From an uncultured Actinomycetota bacterium (GTDB lineage Bacteria; Actinomycetota; Actinomycetes; JAHEKZ01), in the NCBI GenBank assembly GCA_963743915.1, contig CAVURN010000001.1, positions 448,001-512,000 of the forward strand: DNA of 64,000 nucleotides, in the 5' to 3' direction. Made by a program: the position numbers and the translations under genes. Of this stretch, positions 60,779 through 64,000 are shown one piece after another. The notes below the pieces were generated by a model. That model searched no databases and was not told the DNA's origin. It saw only the letters and a list, made by a program, of their open reading frames with translations. Each line of letters starts with the position of its first letter. Position 1 is the stretch's first letter.

Positions 60779-61795
60779 TCATGGAGTTCTCTCCTCCTGG
60801 GTGGCACCCGGATCCGAGCGGCTGCTGAGCAGCCGCCGTAGCGAGACCAGCCTCACCGGATCAACCCCGCTGGAGACCACGTACTCGTCGAGTGCGCAGT
60901 GCTCATCGTCGTGCGTGCATCCGCGAGGACACTCCGCCGCACCTTGCTCCAGGTCTGGAAAGGCGTGCAGGAACCGGCTGAGGTCGACGTGCGCGAGGCC
61001 GAACGAGCGGATTCCTGGTGTGTCCACGACCCAGCCCGACGGGGGGAGCGGGAACGCAACCGCCGACGTGGAGGTGTGGCGTCCGCGACCCGTCACGGCG
61101 TTGACGATGCCGGTGGCGCGGGACGCGTCGGGCACCAGTGCGTTGACCAACGTCGACTTGCCCACGCCGGAGTGCCCGAGCAGGACGGTGGTCCTTCCGT
61201 CGAGCAGGTGGTGGATCTCCTCGAGCGGCTCGTCGCGGCTGCGCAGCACCAGTGGCACGTCCAACGGTGCATACAGCTCCACGAGTTCGGTCGGATCGGC
61301 CAGGTCGGTCTTGGTCACGATGATGAGAGGCGCCAGGCCCCCGTCGAAGGCGGCGATCAGGGCTCGGTCGATGAGCCGGGGTCGAGGTTCGGGATCTGCG
61401 GCGGCCACCACGACCGCCAACTGGTCGGCGTTGGCCACCACCACGCGCTCGACCGGGTCCGTGTCGTCAGCCGATCGACGCAGCACGGTGCTTCGGGGGT
61501 GCCGACGGACGATGCGGGCCAGAGCGTCGTCGCCACCGGACACGTCACCGATCACGTCGACCCGGTCGCCGACGGCCAGCCCTTTGCGCCCGATCTCCCG
61601 CGCCTTGACGGCATAGACCTGGCAGGAAGGCTCGTCGAGCAGCACGGTGGTGAACCGACCGCGATCGACGGCCGTCACCATCGCCGGCACCGCCTGTCCG
61701 TGCTCAGGTCGGACCTTGCTGCGCGCCCGGGACTTGCCCTTGCCCGGCCGGACCCTGACATCGTCCTCGTCGAGGTCGCGGTGGCGGCGGGTCAC
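60779..61795 (-). CDS. rsgA: Ribosome small subunit-dependent GTPase A (core copy)
   Basis: DEDDVRVRP, VDRGRF, LRRSADDTD, GHSGVGKSTLVN, GRGRHTS, DTPGIRSFG, CPRGCTH. Confidence 0.92.
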   Translation of the reverse strand: MTRRHRDLDEDDVRVRPGKGKSRARSKVRPEHGQAVPAMVTAVDRGRFTTVLLDEPSCQVYAVKAREIGRKGLAVGDRVDVIGDVSGGDDALARIVRRHPRSTVLRRSADDTDPVERVVVANADQLAVVVAAADPEPRPRLIDRALIAAFDGGLAPLIIVTKTDLADPTELVELYAPLDVPLVLRSRDEPLEEIHHLLDGRTTVLLGHSGVGKSTLVNALVPDASRATGIVNAVTGRGRHTSTSAVAFPLPPSGWVVDTPGIRSFGLAHVDLSRFLHAFPDLEQGAAECPRGCTHDDEHCALDEYVVSSGVDPVRLVSLRRLLSSRSDPGATQEERTP

Positions 61796-61838
61796 GTGGT
61801 TCAGACTACGCATCCGGCCGCGGGCTAGGGTGCGACGC

Positions 61839-62633
61839 ATGTGCGGCCGATACGCCTCCGCGAAGGACCCGGACGCGCTCGTCGAGGAGTTCGAGGTCGA
61901 CGAGTCGCTGGTCGACAAACCGTTGAAGCCCGACTACAACGTCGCTCCGACCAAGCCGGTCTACGCCGTCGTCACACGGGGGCTCGGCGAGACACCCGAA
62001 GGCGAACCGCCGCCGGACGTCGAGCGACAGCTCCGTGTGGTGCGGTGGGGGTTGGTGCCGTCGTGGGCGAAGGACCCCTCGATCGGCTCTCGCATGATCA
62101 ACGCCCGCTCCGAGACGGTGGCCGACAAGCCCGCCTTCCGACGCGCCTTCGTCAAGCGACGTTGTCTGCTGCCGGCCGACGGCTACTACGAGTGGTACAC
62201 GCCCACCGGTGACGACGTGCCTCTCACCGCGAAGGGCAAACCGGTGAAGCAGCCGTTCTACATCCACCGGGAGGACGGCCACAGCCTGGCGATGGCGGGG
62301 CTGTACGAGTGGTGGCACGACAAGACGCGGGAACGTGACGACCCGGAGGCGTGGCTGCTCACCACGACCGTGATCACGACGTCCGCGACAGACGCGGTCG
62401 GCCGCATCCACGACCGGATGCCAGTCGTGGTCGCGGAGCCGGACTGGGAGCAGTGGCTCGATCCCCGGGTGGGGGAGCGGGAAGTGGTCGAGAGGCTCAT
62501 GCAACCCGCGCACAGTGCACCCCTCGCCGCCTATCCGGTGTCGGTGCGCGTCAACAGCGTGCGCAACAACGGGCCCGAGCTCATCGAGCCGCTTCCGCGT
62601 GGACGAGGCGGTGCCGGGAACCGTGGACGGTGA
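61839..62633 (+). CDS. SOS response-associated peptidase (SRAP/HMCES)
   Basis: N-terminal MCGRY, YNVAPT, WGLVPSW, INARSET, GYYEW, IHDRMP. Confidence 0.93.
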   Translation: MCGRYASAKDPDALVEEFEVDESLVDKPLKPDYNVAPTKPVYAVVTRGLGETPEGEPPPDVERQLRVVRWGLVPSWAKDPSIGSRMINARSETVADKPAFRRAFVKRRCLLPADGYYEWYTPTGDDVPLTAKGKPVKQPFYIHREDGHSLAMAGLYEWWHDKTRERDDPEAWLLTTTVITTSATDAVGRIHDRMPVVVAEPDWEQWLDPRVGEREVVERLMQPAHSAPLAAYPVSVRVNSVRNNGPELIEPLPRGRGGAGNRGR

Positions 62634-62668
62634 CGGGGCGTGGCCCCCCGCGCCGTGAGAGCGTCGAC

Positions 62669-63334
62669 GTGACACAGCTCGTGACCGTCACCACGTCCGT
62701 CGGTCCCGCCCGCTGGCACCTGGACGCGGCACCCGGCCGGGTGCGTGCGGTGCTCGCCCTGGGGCACGGTGCCGGCGGAGGCGTCGACGCGCCCGACCTC
62801 CAGCTGCTGGCACGACGGCTGCCCGAGGTCGACGTGACAGTCGCCCGGTTCGAGCAGCCCTGGCGGGTCGCTGGACGCTCGGTCGCGGGCCCGCCCCGCC
62901 AGCTCGACGCTGCATGGAGCGAGGCCCTCCCGGCGCTGCGGGCGCACACTCCCGAGCCACCCCTGGTGGTCGGAGGAAGGAGCGCCGGTGCCCGCGTGGC
63001 CTGCCGTACGGCTGCCCCGTCGGGCGCTGGTGGCGTGCTGTCCCTCGCGTTCCCGCTCCATCCACCGGGGCGTCCGGAACGCACCCGGGCCGCTGAGCTG
63101 GTGACCGACTGTCCGCTCCTCGTCGTGCAGGGGACCCGGGACCCCTTCGGGAGCGCGGACGAGGTGAGGGCCGTAGTCGGCGGCGGGGAGGCCGAGGTGG
63201 AACCGATCACCGGGGCCGACCACTCACTGCGGGTGGCGCGAGCGGGGCCACTCACGCAGGGGGAGGCGGACGAGCTGATCTTCGTGGCTGCTCGCCGCTG
63301 GCTGGTGCGTCTGGTGAGTGGGACGCTCTCCTGA
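62669..63334 (+). CDS. Alpha/beta hydrolase (KANL3/Tex30-like)
   Basis: LGHGAGGG, GGRSAGARVAC, LAFPLHPPG, QGTRDPFG, ADH. Confidence 0.85.
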   Translation: MTQLVTVTTSVGPARWHLDAAPGRVRAVLALGHGAGGGVDAPDLQLLARRLPEVDVTVARFEQPWRVAGRSVAGPPRQLDAAWSEALPALRAHTPEPPLVVGGRSAGARVACRTAAPSGAGGVLSLAFPLHPPGRPERTRAAELVTDCPLLVVQGTRDPFGSADEVRAVVGGGEAEVEPITGADHSLRVARAGPLTQGEADELIFVAARRWLVRLVSGTLS

Positions 63335-63343
63335 CAGGGCCGG

Positions 63344-63370
63344 GGAATCATCAAGGGCGCCGAGGGCGTT
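63344..63370 (+). promoter_or_regulatory. Autoregulatory SigH/SigR-type promoter
   Basis: GGAAT-N19-GTT(G) upstream of sigH. Confidence 0.6.
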
Positions 63371-63418
63371 GAGGTGAGCATGATCTGGGCACCCCCCTTT
63401 GCGTTACCGTTGCAGGCG

Positions 63419-64000
63419 ATGACAGCGGAAGAGACCGTCGAAGAGCGTGCCGCCCGGTTCGAGCGTGACGCGTTGCCCTTCCTGGACCAGCTGTACGGCG
63501 CCGCGCTGCGCATGACGCGCAATGCCAGCGATGCCGAGGACCTCGTGCAGGAGACCTACGCGAAGGCGTTCGCCGCTTTCCACCAGTACAAGGACGGCAC
63601 GAACCTCAAGGCTTGGCTGTACCGGATCCTGACGAACACGTTCATCAACTCGTACCGCAAGAAGCAGCGCGAACCGCAGCAGACCGGTACCGACGAGATC
63701 GAGGACTGGCAGATCGCCCGGGCCGAGTCGCACACCTCGAGCGGATTGCGGTCGGCGGAGATCGAAGCGCTCGACCGGCTGCCCGACTCCGACATCAAGG
63801 AGGCGCTGGCGAGCCTGTCGGAGGAGTTCCGCATGGCGGTCTACCTCGCCGACGTCGAGGGCTTCGCCTACAAGGAGATCGCGGAGATCATGGATACTCC
63901 GGTCGGAACCGTGATGTCCCGTCTGCACCGAGGGCGTCGGCAGCTGCGAGCGATGCTCGAGGACTATGCACGTGAGCGCGGTTTCGCCGCCGCCGGCACC
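63419..64000 (+). CDS. sigH: ECF sigma factor SigH/SigR (3' truncated by window)
   Basis: Manual translation [33 protein letters not shown]...[21 protein letters not shown]...[11 protein letters not shown]. Confidence 0.93.
   Translation, partial: MTAEETVEERAARFERDALPFLDQLYGAALRMTRNASDAEDLVQETYAKAFAAFHQYKDGTNLKAWLYRILTNTFINSYRKKQREPQQTGTDEIEDWQIARAESHTSSGLRSAEIEALDRLPDSDIKEALASLSEEFRMAVYLADVEGFAYKEIAEIMDTPVGTVMSRLHRGRRQLRAMLEDYARERGFAAAGT

Overview
High-GC actinobacterial chromosome segment. Scattered single-base indels (adnA, ABC1 kinase, a nucleotidyltransferase, narI, narH, copA) look like long-read assembly errors. Bases 1-24.9 kb are the conserved actinomycete adnAB-nudC-mycoredoxin-uvrD2-whiB7/wblC-ABC1 kinase-ThiF-like-DUF5679-M48-zinc protease-moaE-PDZ/Lon-UPF0182 block, ending in an initiator tRNA-Met. 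Bases ~25-56.3 kb are an integrase-free accessory patchwork: DEAD-box helicase, a PIG-L/class V aminotransferase/BTAD-hydrolase cluster, fluC-DUF190-fluC, csoR, class I aldolase, MFS, DUF222-HNH, a second RsgA, pirin, narGHJI with regulator and narK, a TDT transporter and copZA. The window ends with CBS-hisN-two DUF2231-DUF222-HNH-rsgA-SRAP-hydrolase-sigH/sigR; aroA is absent from its usual place. The most notable signals are non-coding: an oriC-like, helically phased DnaA-box cluster at ~16.57-16.90 kb with no dnaA in the window, a complete whiB7 uORF attenuator, four identically spaced PafBC-type promoters, SigH/SigR-type promoters at copZA, DUF5701 and sigH, and DosR-like boxes between narK and the nar regulator. 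There is also a small Cys-Cys membrane ORF behind csoR. All family assignments come from motif recognition, not from database searches.
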